Source of the DNA: an uncultured virus (IMG/VR IMGVR_UViG_3300020473_000027)
Taxonomy: Duplodnaviria; Heunggongvirae; Uroviricota; Caudoviricetes
Reading direction: 5' to 3' (one strand)
IMG/VR virus record: IMGVR_UViG_3300020473_000027
Length of the DNA: 20,000 nt
A program made the translations under genes and the position numbers. Of this stretch, positions 1 through 8,064 are shown piece by piece (position 1 is the first letter of the stretch; each line of letters begins with the position of its first letter). Under the pieces are notes generated by a model. That model saw nothing but the letters and a program-made list of their open reading frames with translations, searched no databases and was not told where the DNA came from.

Positions 1-2
1 TT

Positions 3-395
3 CTAACTAATAATTTTACTTCAGGCTCAACTTGGGCTCAAAGCTCAGACGAAAGAATAAAAACAGATATTAAGGATGATAACTTAGGACTTGACTTTAT
101 TAAAGAATTAAAAACCAAAACTTTTAAGTGGAAACCTTCAAACGAAGTGCCTAAAGAATTAACAGAGCATTACAATGAAGTAAACCAAAAAAATACAGAT
201 GTTGTAATGCATGGAATGATAGCACAAGAAGTAAAAGCAGCCTTAGATAAATCTGGAGTTGACACTTTTGGAGGCTGGTCGGAAAGAGCAGATGGTTCAC
301 AAAGTATATCAAGGGAAATGTTTGTAATACCATTGATTAAAGCAGTTCAAGAATTATCAGCTAAAGTAGAAGAATTAGAATCAAAATTAAAATAA
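3..395 (+). CDS. Tail fibre/tailspike C-terminus with intramolecular chaperone auto-processing (Peptidase_S74-like) domain; 5'-truncated by window edge
   Basis: The frame is open from nt 3 (LTNNFTSGSTWAQSSDERIKTDIKDDNLGLDFIKELKTKTFKWK...), so it extends upstream of the called 147 start. It has the S-D-x-R-x-K cleavage motif, GMIAQEV and a C-terminal coiled coil (LIKAVQELSAKVEELESKLK), all typical of S74 chaperones. Confidence 0.9.
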   Translation, partial: LTNNFTSGSTWAQSSDERIKTDIKDDNLGLDFIKELKTKTFKWKPSNEVPKELTEHYNEVNQKNTDVVMHGMIAQEVKAALDKSGVDTFGGWSERADGSQSISREMFVIPLIKAVQELSAKVEELESKLK

Positions 396-414
396 CAATT
401 AAACAGGAGAAATA

Positions 415-711
415 ATGCGAAATTATAAAGCACTCAAAGCATCGAGTAAGGTTTCAGTTAGAAAGCAAGAAGCCGCTGATGCTGTGTACAATGATGATGG
501 GTCTGTAAAAACAAATCCAATCCAAGAAGAATTGCAAGTTGTTTGTAAGAGATACGATTCTACGACTGGAGAATCTTTAGACGACTCTGTTCAGGCATAT
601 AGTCTTAGTGACATATCTAGAGAAATAGATAGATGTAAAGCTGAAGTATCATCTGCTCAAGATAGGCAAGCTGAATGGGAGCAATTAGAAAAAGATTTAA
701 AAGCTCTTTAA
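415..711 (+). CDS. Hypothetical protein (98 aa), C-terminal coiled coil; possible tail-fibre assembly factor
   Basis: AGGAG RBS upstream of the ATG; directly follows the tail fibre gene; its TAA overlaps the next ATG (TAATG). Confidence 0.75.
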   Translation: MRNYKALKASSKVSVRKQEAADAVYNDDGSVKTNPIQEELQVVCKRYDSTTGESLDDSVQAYSLSDISREIDRCKAEVSSAQDRQAEWEQLEKDLKAL

Positions 712-803
712 TGAATCAGAGGTTCGGGAATTTATATGCTAGGGTTCTAGCTGTATTTGGATTATGGACAGCTATTGCTTTCATATTTGAGATAGGATAC
801 TAA
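711..803 (+). CDS. Small single-TM membrane protein (30 aa, MNQRFGNLYARVLAVFGLWTAIAFIFEIGY); not in ORF track
   Basis: Fills the gap exactly, with TAATG stop/start overlaps at both ends (709-713 and 801-805); one hydrophobic helix. Confidence 0.65.
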   Translation: MNQRFGNLYARVLAVFGLWTAIAFIFEIGY

Positions 804-1033
804 TGGCATGGTTTTATACACATTGTGTGATTGCGATTGTGATTCTGATTGCGGATGCAAACGGAACGCTTGAGCCTACTGTAAAGAAGATAGAACAGAA
901 GTTAGGAATCCCAGTTTATTACGCACCTAGCGATTCTGTAGATATGGAGATAAGTAATCCTTATCCAATAGAAGATATTCCTCAACAAGATACATTTAAT
1001 AGCCAGAGAGAAAGCAATGAGAGTGGTGCCTGA
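803..1033 (+). CDS. Small protein with N-terminal hydrophobic segment (76 aa)
   Basis: TAATG-coupled start; hydrophobic N-terminus WFYTHCVIAIVILIA followed by an acidic, Pro-rich tail. Confidence 0.65.
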   Translation: MAWFYTHCVIAIVILIADANGTLEPTVKKIEQKLGIPVYYAPSDSVDMEISNPYPIEDIPQQDTFNSQRESNESGA

Positions 1034-1280
1034 TTGGAAAGAAATGACTAGCGCATTAAGGGTTATTGTCGCGTCGAGCTTTGCTGGGTTTTTAGTCGCT
1101 TTAGTTATAGTTGGATGTATGGATGAATACCACATAGGAAAGTCAAAAGAAGAGCTATATAAAGAAATGTTTAAGGTTGATTCATTAATCAAGACAATAC
1201 AATTACAGATAGACAGCACATCTATTGACTTTCAAAAGATTTATATAGATTCTCAGAGGATTAATAATGGGCATGAATGA
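1017..1280 (+). CDS. Putative lipoprotein (possible o-spanin-like lysis protein)
   Basis: Hydrophobic signal ending in lipobox I-V-G-C (FLVALVIVGC), then an amphipathic helical region. An alternative start is the ATG at 1044. Confidence 0.55.
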   Translation: MRVVPDWKEMTSALRVIVASSFAGFLVALVIVGCMDEYHIGKSKEELYKEMFKVDSLIKTIQLQIDSTSIDFQKIYIDSQRINNGHE

Positions 1281-1362
1281 GACAACATTGGGAATAACGG
1301 CTCTAGTGATTTTTTTAGTAGGAATTGTAGTCATGTGGAGAAATGGTGTCAAAGGCGATTAG
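1273..1362 (+). CDS. Small single-TM protein (29 aa, MNETTLGITALVIFLVGIVVMWRNGVKGD); not in ORF track
   Basis: Overlaps both neighbours and fills the gap; clear TM helix followed by a basic residue. Confidence 0.55.
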   Translation: MNETTLGITALVIFLVGIVVMWRNGVKGD

Positions 1363-1615
1363 TGCAGATTCGCAGATTCATATCTCATATGGAATACTTT
1401 TTAAGGCAATTTTTGTCGTTAGTCTCGGTACCGGATTATGGTACCAAGCTCAGATGAAATTCGCTGAAATAGATAGGAAGTTAGAAGATTTAACAGATAA
1501 GGTTACTGTGCTGACCGCATCCGTTGAAGGGATGGAACAGGAGCACATAAAAGAGTTGGAAGCAACAGTTCAAGAACAAAAGAGCCTGTTGCAGAAGATA
1601 GGATTAAAGAGATAA
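1343..1615 (+). CDS. Membrane-anchored coiled-coil protein (90 aa; possible i-spanin/holin accessory)
   Basis: GGAG RBS; N-terminal TM (YGILFKAIFVVSLGTGLWY) followed by a heptad coiled coil. Confidence 0.7.
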   Translation: MVSKAISADSQIHISYGILFKAIFVVSLGTGLWYQAQMKFAEIDRKLEDLTDKVTVLTASVEGMEQEHIKELEATVQEQKSLLQKIGLKR

Positions 1616-1637
1616 TAAAATAACAAAGGAGTTAATA

Positions 1638-1868
1638 ATGGCTAAAGCAGAAAAAGAAAAGTCAGTAGTTAAGATAGACGATAAAGAATATGATGTAGAA
1701 TCACTTACAGATGAGCAGAAAGCAATGGTGAATCATATTCTAGACCTTGAAAGAAAATTGCAATCAATGGAGTTTAATCTTGTGCAATTACGCTTTGGAA
1801 GACAGGCGTTCGCAGACGCATTGAAAGCCTCGTTGGGTGAAGCGAGCAGCGAAGACGAATCAAAGTAA
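1638..1868 (+). CDS. Hypothetical phage protein (76 aa), IDDKEY..LTDEQK + coiled coil (DUF6447-like)
   Basis: AAGGAG RBS. The motif resembles a recurrent small phage protein family; recognised by eye only. Confidence 0.7.
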   Translation: MAKAEKEKSVVKIDDKEYDVESLTDEQKAMVNHILDLERKLQSMEFNLVQLRFGRQAFADALKASLGEASSEDESK

Positions 1869-2016
1869 TATTCTAGATAAGGCCATAGTTGCCGCTATGT
1901 TTGTTTTATCTATGATTATTGCTTTTAGTTTGAAGGAAGATAGAATGCTACCAGTGTCTTTAGGGGCATTGGTAGTGATTGGATTAAGAGCAACGAAGAA
2001 AGTAATAGATGATTGA
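1837..2016 (+). CDS. Two-TM small membrane protein, class II holin-like (59 aa, GTG start); not in ORF track
   Basis: MKRAAKTNQSNILDKAIVAAMFVLSMIIAFSLKEDRMLPVSLGALVVIGLRATKKVIDD: two hydrophobic helices, a short charged loop and a charged tail; fills the 1869-2008 gap. Confidence 0.55.
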   Translation: MKRAAKTNQSNILDKAIVAAMFVLSMIIAFSLKEDRMLPVSLGALVVIGLRATKKVIDD

Positions 2017-2317
2017 GACATATGCCGAATATGGTGCAATAGGAGTAATAGTAAGTCTTTTTGTAATGTTGATAATGAACTTAATTAAAAGTCAAAAAGC
2101 TCAATCAGAGGATTTAGACCAGATACGTCAGGCTATTGCAAAATCTGAGACAAAGATGGGTAATGTAGAAGGTATCATATTAAAAATGCTTGATAGATGG
2201 AATCGCTCTGATGAGACAAGTCAACGTCATAGAGAGGACATTGTACGCGAACTGAATGACGTGACTGATGACTTAGCATATCTTAAAGGTCGTATTAACG
2301 GTGGAAAATCGAGATGA
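2009..2317 (+). CDS. Holin-like protein (BhlA/UviB-like architecture: N-terminal TM + coiled coil)
   Basis: YGAIGVIVSLFVMLIMNLI TM followed by a long helical region; lies upstream of the endolysin. Confidence 0.55.
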   Translation: MIETYAEYGAIGVIVSLFVMLIMNLIKSQKAQSEDLDQIRQAIAKSETKMGNVEGIILKMLDRWNRSDETSQRHREDIVRELNDVTDDLAYLKGRINGGKSR

Positions 2318-2541
2318 ATGTGAACGATTATAGAAACGAAACGACAGCAAAGCTGGTCAAGTTAGATGAGAGGCAGATAAGTATCTTTAAGACCTTGCAA
2401 AGAATTGAAAAACATTTAGAGAAATTAAATGGACAAACAAGTAAGAATAGTGACGCTATCATTATGTTTAGAACATGGGGTTCGGCTGCTCTATTCATTG
2501 TCCCTATTATAGTAACATTAGTAATGAGGTTAATACCATGA
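2314..2541 (+). CDS. XhlA-like lysis accessory protein (coiled coil + C-terminal TM)
   Basis: ATGA overlap with the previous gene; LVKLDERQ...LQRIEKHLEKLNG coiled coil, then C-terminal TM WGSAALFIVPIIVTLVM. Confidence 0.55.
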   Translation: MNVNDYRNETTAKLVKLDERQISIFKTLQRIEKHLEKLNGQTSKNSDAIIMFRTWGSAALFIVPIIVTLVMRLIP

Positions 2542-2777
2542 TTGAATGGATTCAAAATAATTGGATGAGTATCGTAGGAACTGTCGCTGTTATAGGCGGT
2601 GGAATGTACATACCATTCGTAAGAGGGTTTGTATTAATGGGTTTAAAGACCATGATAAGTGAAGCAGTCTTAAAGAAGATAGCTATACAAATAGTCGAAA
2701 AGCTCGTTAAATCAACGAAAAACAAGTTAGACGACATCTGGTTCGCTGAATTTAAAAAGAAGGTCGAGGATGCCTAG
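2538..2777 (+). CDS. Membrane-associated hypothetical protein (79 aa)
   Basis: The likely true start is ATG 2538 (ATGA overlap), not 2475. Hydrophobic N-terminus; LVKSTKNKLDD motif. Confidence 0.65.
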   Translation: MIEWIQNNWMSIVGTVAVIGGGMYIPFVRGFVLMGLKTMISEAVLKKIAIQIVEKLVKSTKNKLDDIWFAEFKKKVEDA

Positions 2778-3162
2778 ATTTAGCATAAAAAGCAAATCTA
2801 AACTTCATAGTTGCGACGAAAGACTTATTAACCTTTTTAATGAGGTGGTCAAACATTTTGACTGCATGATTTTGGAGGGACACCGTGGAAAAGAAAAACA
2901 AAACGCGGCTTACGATAAAGGGAATAGTAAAGTACGTTATCCTAATGGTAAGCATAATAAGAGTCCGAGTATTGCTGTGGATGTTGCGCCGTATCCGATA
3001 GATTGGACAGACCGTGACAGGTTTCATTACTTTGGCGGTTATGTTCTAGGGGTAGCAAAACAGATGGGATTAAATATTAGATGGGGAGGGGACTGGAATC
3101 AGGACACCCAAACCAAAGACAATAAATTTGATGATTTAGTTCACTTTGAGATAAAGGACTAG
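2770..3162 (+). CDS. Endolysin, M15-family Zn peptidase (L-alanyl-D-glutamate peptidase, T5 Lys-like)
   Basis: EGHR-x3-Q, GKH, AVD, IRWGGDW and D-x-x-HFE motifs give the His/Asp/His zinc ligands. Confidence 0.92.
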   Translation: MPRFSIKSKSKLHSCDERLINLFNEVVKHFDCMILEGHRGKEKQNAAYDKGNSKVRYPNGKHNKSPSIAVDVAPYPIDWTDRDRFHYFGGYVLGVAKQMGLNIRWGGDWNQDTQTKDNKFDDLVHFEIKD

Positions 3163-5598
3163 ATGCCTAAACAAGTTCATTATATTAGAGACTTCTCAGG
3201 TGGTATAAATAGCCAAAGAAACCCGAGAGATATTGCGGAAAATCAATCTCCCTTTTGTCAAGATGCTATGGGCGATAGAATGGGCTTACTGCGAACCATG
3301 GGTAATGGTTCTGGTGCGCCTCGACAAATCAATAATTCTGGCTCTACTAAAACTGTTGCAGCTCTTGGTAGCACTGATATGCTTGAAGCTAGAGGTCATG
3401 GCTTTAAACATTTTGAATTAGATTACGATGAAGGTGGGAGTGAAGAAGAAGGTGGTGAGCATTATTTTGCCGTTGTAGATGAAGGTGGAGAGCTTAATGT
3501 ATGGGATTATAGTAATAATAACTGGACAGCTCCCAGCGGAGGAGATTTAAATTCTAGCGCTGGAGATGTAAAAGCGGATATTATTTCTTTAGATAATGGG
3601 TTAAGAATCCATGATACTGATTTAAGCAATAGTAGCACACCTATATATTATAAACACATTAAGCGCAGTCAACTTACAACTGATAGGTCTGGTTTTTATG
3701 CTGGAGCTACGACTTTACTTCCTCCTACTGCTGGAGACCATACCGGCTCTGGATATTTAGACGGTTCTGTTAATTTTGATATAACCGCTGAAACGGATGC
3801 AGCGAGTATTGGCTCATGGAAAGATACAGATTATGTATTTGCTTATAGTTTTGTGTACGATGGAAATCAAGAATCAACACTAAGAGTTTGTCCAACAACA
3901 TTATCAGATGGGAGCGTAACTGCAAATAAACCATTTAAGGTGGATGTAAGAGCGGCCAATGCGACAGGGGCAACAGATTTTGATGCCCGTATAACAGGAG
4001 CTCGTATTTACTGGAAGTATTACGATGAGGCGCAGGAAAAAATAGCAGAAGGTGAGTGGAACTTATTTGTTGATTGTGACTTCACAGGAGGCATTAAAGA
4101 TGCAACTTGTGATACTACCAATAACGATGAAACTGTTACTATGGATGACACAACTGTTATTAAAGTTGGAATGGCTATTACCGGCTCTAATATACCAGCG
4201 AATACAAAGGTTGCCTCTATTACGAATAGTACCACTTTTGAAATGACCAATAAAGCTACAGGGGCTGCTACAAATACTACTTTAGTTTTTAGAGGCTCTG
4301 ATAAAAGTTTTGGTATACGCGGTAAGCTAAGTGATGAGTATACTATGTGGACACGCGCAGCTGGTGGAGATTATACAGCGACTATTATTTTACAAGACCC
4401 CTCTATTGACACTTATGCTACTATTAATGGATATGGAAGTAACGAAGGAAAGTTGTATATAGGCGATTCTGCGGATGGATATAAGGCATCAGTATTCGCC
4501 AACCGAAGAATGTTCGTTGGTGGTGTTAAAATGACGTTTGAAGATGGTATACAAAGGCAGATGCTTGATAGAATAATGTATTCACCTGTTAATAAACCAG
4601 ATGTATTCCCATTAAGTAATTTTATTGACGTTGTACAGGGTGATGCGGAACCTTATATTAGATTAGAATCTGTAGGTAATAAGCTCTTCGCTTTTAAATC
4701 GGATAATTTATATGTAATTAATATTGGAAATTCTAATCCTGCTGGTTGGTATTTAGAAAGCACACATAAAGGTATGGGTGTTATGTCAAGTGGAGCAGTA
4801 TTTAAAACAGATTTTGGTTTGGTTTGGGCTAACGTAAATGGTCTTTATGCATATCAAGCAGGTGGGGGGCTTACAGAATTTACTGAAGATAAATTATTAA
4901 GTGGTTATAAAACCGATGGTTACAGCAAACCTTCGTGGGGTAAATTAATTACAGCTGGAACTGTAGTTGGTTATGATAAAAAAGAAAAAGAAGTTGTTGT
5001 CTTGTTAGATTCTGGGTCTGTAACAAACGACCAAGCTTTTGGAGGAAATGGTGCAGATGTTGTTGTATATGATATAGAAACTAAATCTTTTTTCTATGGT
5101 AAGAATAGATTATTAAGCGCTGGTATTGCATCTAACTTTGATTACGATTGGAATGGTGATTTGGTCTATGCCAGTGAAACAAGCGACTCTGTAGATATTA
5201 AAGCTTGGCAATCAGATGACCAAACATCTACCGCCTTTTTATACCAGACAAAAGATTTTGATTTTGGTATACCTTCAAGGTATAAAAAGATATATGCTGT
5301 ATACTTAACCTATAAGCATTCTGATAGTAACGCTGCAACAACATTTTTAAAATATGCAAAAGACGGTGGAACTTCATTTGTTTCTGTTGATGGGGATGGC
5401 TCTACTGAACTAGCAACCAACTCGCTTGACCAAGCAGCAACTTTTGAAATTCATAAAATTACTTTTACAACACCCTTAAAATGTCAAAGTATTGCGCTGC
5501 AATTAAATGGGCCTACAAGCAATGCAACCAAGCTTGAGATTAACGATATTGGTATTGAATATAGACTATTGCCAGCAGCGAAGGTAGCAGCTACATAA
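3163..5598 (+). CDS. Tail tubular protein B / head-stabilisation (nozzle-like) virion protein (811 aa)
   Basis: N-terminal DFSGGIN...P-x-DI-x-EN motif, beta-rich body, RIMYS-x3-PD-x-F and a C-terminal YQTKDFDFG-x-P-x3-K motif, typical of podovirus-type stabilisation/tail tube proteins. Size and position before the ejection proteins agree. Confidence 0.7.
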   Translation: MPKQVHYIRDFSGGINSQRNPRDIAENQSPFCQDAMGDRMGLLRTMGNGSGAPRQINNSGSTKTVAALGSTDMLEARGHGFKHFELDYDEGGSEEEGGEHYFAVVDEGGELNVWDYSNNNWTAPSGGDLNSSAGDVKADIISLDNGLRIHDTDLSNSSTPIYYKHIKRSQLTTDRSGFYAGATTLLPPTAGDHTGSGYLDGSVNFDITAETDAASIGSWKDTDYVFAYSFVYDGNQESTLRVCPTTLSDGSVTANKPFKVDVRAANATGATDFDARITGARIYWKYYDEAQEKIAEGEWNLFVDCDFTGGIKDATCDTTNNDETVTMDDTTVIKVGMAITGSNIPANTKVASITNSTTFEMTNKATGAATNTTLVFRGSDKSFGIRGKLSDEYTMWTRAAGGDYTATIILQDPSIDTYATINGYGSNEGKLYIGDSADGYKASVFANRRMFVGGVKMTFEDGIQRQMLDRIMYSPVNKPDVFPLSNFIDVVQGDAEPYIRLESVGNKLFAFKSDNLYVINIGNSNPAGWYLESTHKGMGVMSSGAVFKTDFGLVWANVNGLYAYQAGGGLTEFTEDKLLSGYKTDGYSKPSWGKLITAGTVVGYDKKEKEVVVLLDSGSVTNDQAFGGNGADVVVYDIETKSFFYGKNRLLSAGIASNFDYDWNGDLVYASETSDSVDIKAWQSDDQTSTAFLYQTKDFDFGIPSRYKKIYAVYLTYKHSDSNAATTFLKYAKDGGTSFVSVDGDGSTELATNSLDQAATFEIHKITFTTPLKCQSIALQLNGPTSNATKLEINDIGIEYRLLPAAKVAAT

Positions 5599-6572
5599 TG
5601 CCTATTACATACGACAAATTAAAAGGTAATTTTATAGCTCCTGAAGAGCAATCTGGAATTAATGATTATGTTGATACTTCTGTTAGCCATCCTAATAGAG
5701 CACCTGTTGTTGGGCGTACTGATGCAAGAGAAGGAACAGTTTTAAGTTATTTTGATGATAGTCGAGGGAATATCCAGTCAGTAGGACATGGTGGATATCA
5801 AACAGAATCAGCTCAAAGAGTAGAGGATAAGAATAAAGTAGAAGAAGCTTTAGATTTATTTGAATCTGGTGGTAGCGCTAGAGACTTCTTCGAGATTGGT
5901 ATTGGTGATGGATTACAAGCAAAATCTGCCGCTAAAGCTGGTGGTAAAACATTTACAGAGTTTGAGGAGGCGATTACAGCTGCTTCAGAAACTGCTAGTG
6001 GTGGTGTAGACCTAGGCCTTGAAACAACCTTATCTCACAGCTATGTAATGCGTCAAGATTTAGATATACAAAAAGGTGAACTGGTAAAATTAGATGATAA
6101 TAATGAAATAGTAAGGGCAGATACTAAAGAAGACCCTACTATTATTGGAATATTATGGATGGATAAAACAGGGTTAGATAGTGTTAAATTCCTTGATTCT
6201 TTTAATAACATTTTACCTGAAGAAGAAAGAGATACTAAAAAGATTGTGCGGGTAGCCTCAATTGGTGATACTCGTAATTATGCATACAAAGATAATGACA
6301 ATTATGAGAATGAGTTATTATTGGGATGTAAAGTGTGTAATCAAAATGGAGACATCAAGAAAGGCGACTTACTGTGTTCGTCTGATGTCCCGGGTTATTT
6401 AATGAAACAACCCGTACAATACATAGTAACAGGATTTAATGATAAGAATGAACCAATTTATGAAAGTAAGCAAGTGATTGCTAATATTACAGTAGGTAAG
6501 TCCATGGAAGATGTCACGTACGATTCCGATGGAAAAGCTGAGAATGTATATGGCTATCTCTATTGCGGGTAA
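5598..6572 (+). CDS. Virion-associated protein with tail-fibre C-terminal chaperone-like (Peptidase_G2-like) domain (324 aa)
   Basis: TAATG-coupled start. The C-terminal half (GELV...IIG...KVCNQNGDIKKGDLLCSSDVPGYLMKQ...YLYCG) matches a pattern seen at phage tail fibre C-termini. Confidence 0.55.
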   Translation: MPITYDKLKGNFIAPEEQSGINDYVDTSVSHPNRAPVVGRTDAREGTVLSYFDDSRGNIQSVGHGGYQTESAQRVEDKNKVEEALDLFESGGSARDFFEIGIGDGLQAKSAAKAGGKTFTEFEEAITAASETASGGVDLGLETTLSHSYVMRQDLDIQKGELVKLDDNNEIVRADTKEDPTIIGILWMDKTGLDSVKFLDSFNNILPEEERDTKKIVRVASIGDTRNYAYKDNDNYENELLLGCKVCNQNGDIKKGDLLCSSDVPGYLMKQPVQYIVTGFNDKNEPIYESKQVIANITVGKSMEDVTYDSDGKAENVYGYLYCG

Positions 6573-6584
6573 TAAGGTAATATT

Positions 6585-8033
6585 ATGGCAAATAGTTTAA
6601 TGGAATTATATGGCGGAGGAATGGTAGGCAAATCTAACAATTATCAACTTGGTGGGCGAATAGCAGGAGCTAGAAGAAGTAGAGAGTACCAAGGTGAGAT
6701 GAGAGAACTTGAGAGAAAGCAGAGAGAGGCTGCGAAAAGGCAACGAAAAGCAAGCGGATTAGGAAATGTATTGAGTAAAGTTGGCGCCGTGGCGGGGTCA
6801 TTTATACCCGGAGTAGGAACAGCTATAGGTTCTGGCATAGGAGCTGGATTAGGTAGAATGCTTGGGGAAAGCACATATAAAAGCACTGATTTTGGAGAGG
6901 GGAAATATGCAAAACAGTCTCGCTCTGATTTGCAAGGAATGTCAGAAGATTTTAAAAAAAGCATAGGCGAAAGAGCTTTAGGTGAAGGTGTTACCACAGC
7001 AGTTGGTGCATATTTTAAGCCAAAGGCTATAGAGGGAATGCAAGACTTCATTGCTCGAGAAGGATTATTTGGAAAATCAATTGACCCCGGCGGGAGGTTT
7101 GCTAAAAAAGTTACAGAGCAAGGATTAAAAGATAACCCGTGGTTAGACCAAACTGATGCAGAATTTTGGGATGAAGTTCCTTTTGCTGCCCCAGAGAGGC
7201 CAGTTACCTCCGGGATACCAAAACTTGGTCTTTCTGAACTTACCTTTCCATCTGTAGATGATGTAAATATACCAGAGTTACAGCAGGGTATTTTTGATTT
7301 AAGACCGTCGTTAGCCGATATATCAATGGAAGATATGATGATTTATGGTAGAAATCCAATTGGGCCATTGTCTCCAGCAATGATGGCAATGAGGGCGAAT
7401 CCACGTGCATATAAAAAAGGTGGAGGTCTTGTTGATTATTTAAGGCCAAAGATGCAAGCTGGAGGAAATGTTAATCCATACGGATACGGGACGGCTATAG
7501 ACCCGCAAGCAGCATTAAAACAAATGGGAATGGGAACCGTTGCTGCCGACCCAAGATTACAACAATATTTAGGAGATTTACCATCTTTTCAAATGGGGTA
7601 TGCTCAGCAGGTTGGAGATTACAGGACAGGTGCCCAACAAGGTTTATTAGGATTGGCTCAAGCAGGCGCTTCAGGGGCTGGAGGATTTGCTGGCTCAGGA
7701 GCTGCAACAACACAATCACAACAACAAAGACAACAAATGGTAGACCAGTTTGGACGCCAAAGACGTGGTGTTGTTGAGAGTTATCAAGCTGACTTGTTAA
7801 GTGCTATTGGGGATATAGAGCGAAAAGGTGAATTTGAGTTTGCTTCTGGAAAAACACCTTGGGAAACTTTAGGAATTACTGAAGAAGAGTATAACAGAAG
7901 AACAGAAGCGGAACGTCAGAGATTACTAAGTCAAGCAGGTAATGTTGGAATTTTAAACCCAACCCAAGGGACTGGGACTACAACAACTACAGGCGGAGGC
8001 GCTACCCAAACAGGTTCTACTGGTGGTTTGTAA
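6585..8033 (+). CDS. Putative internal virion/ejection (pilot-like) protein (482 aa)
   Basis: AAGGT RBS; glycine-zipper hydrophobic segment (GAVAGSFIPGVGTAIGSGIGAGLG); Gly/Gln/Ala-rich; first of three large genes after the tail genes. Confidence 0.65.
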   Translation: MANSLMELYGGGMVGKSNNYQLGGRIAGARRSREYQGEMRELERKQREAAKRQRKASGLGNVLSKVGAVAGSFIPGVGTAIGSGIGAGLGRMLGESTYKSTDFGEGKYAKQSRSDLQGMSEDFKKSIGERALGEGVTTAVGAYFKPKAIEGMQDFIAREGLFGKSIDPGGRFAKKVTEQGLKDNPWLDQTDAEFWDEVPFAAPERPVTSGIPKLGLSELTFPSVDDVNIPELQQGIFDLRPSLADISMEDMMIYGRNPIGPLSPAMMAMRANPRAYKKGGGLVDYLRPKMQAGGNVNPYGYGTAIDPQAALKQMGMGTVAADPRLQQYLGDLPSFQMGYAQQVGDYRTGAQQGLLGLAQAGASGAGGFAGSGAATTQSQQQRQQMVDQFGRQRRGVVESYQADLLSAIGDIERKGEFEFASGKTPWETLGITEEEYNRRTEAERQRLLSQAGNVGILNPTQGTGTTTTTGGGATQTGSTGGL

Positions 8034-8064
8034 TAACGTTAATCAAAATTAAAGGTAAGATATA

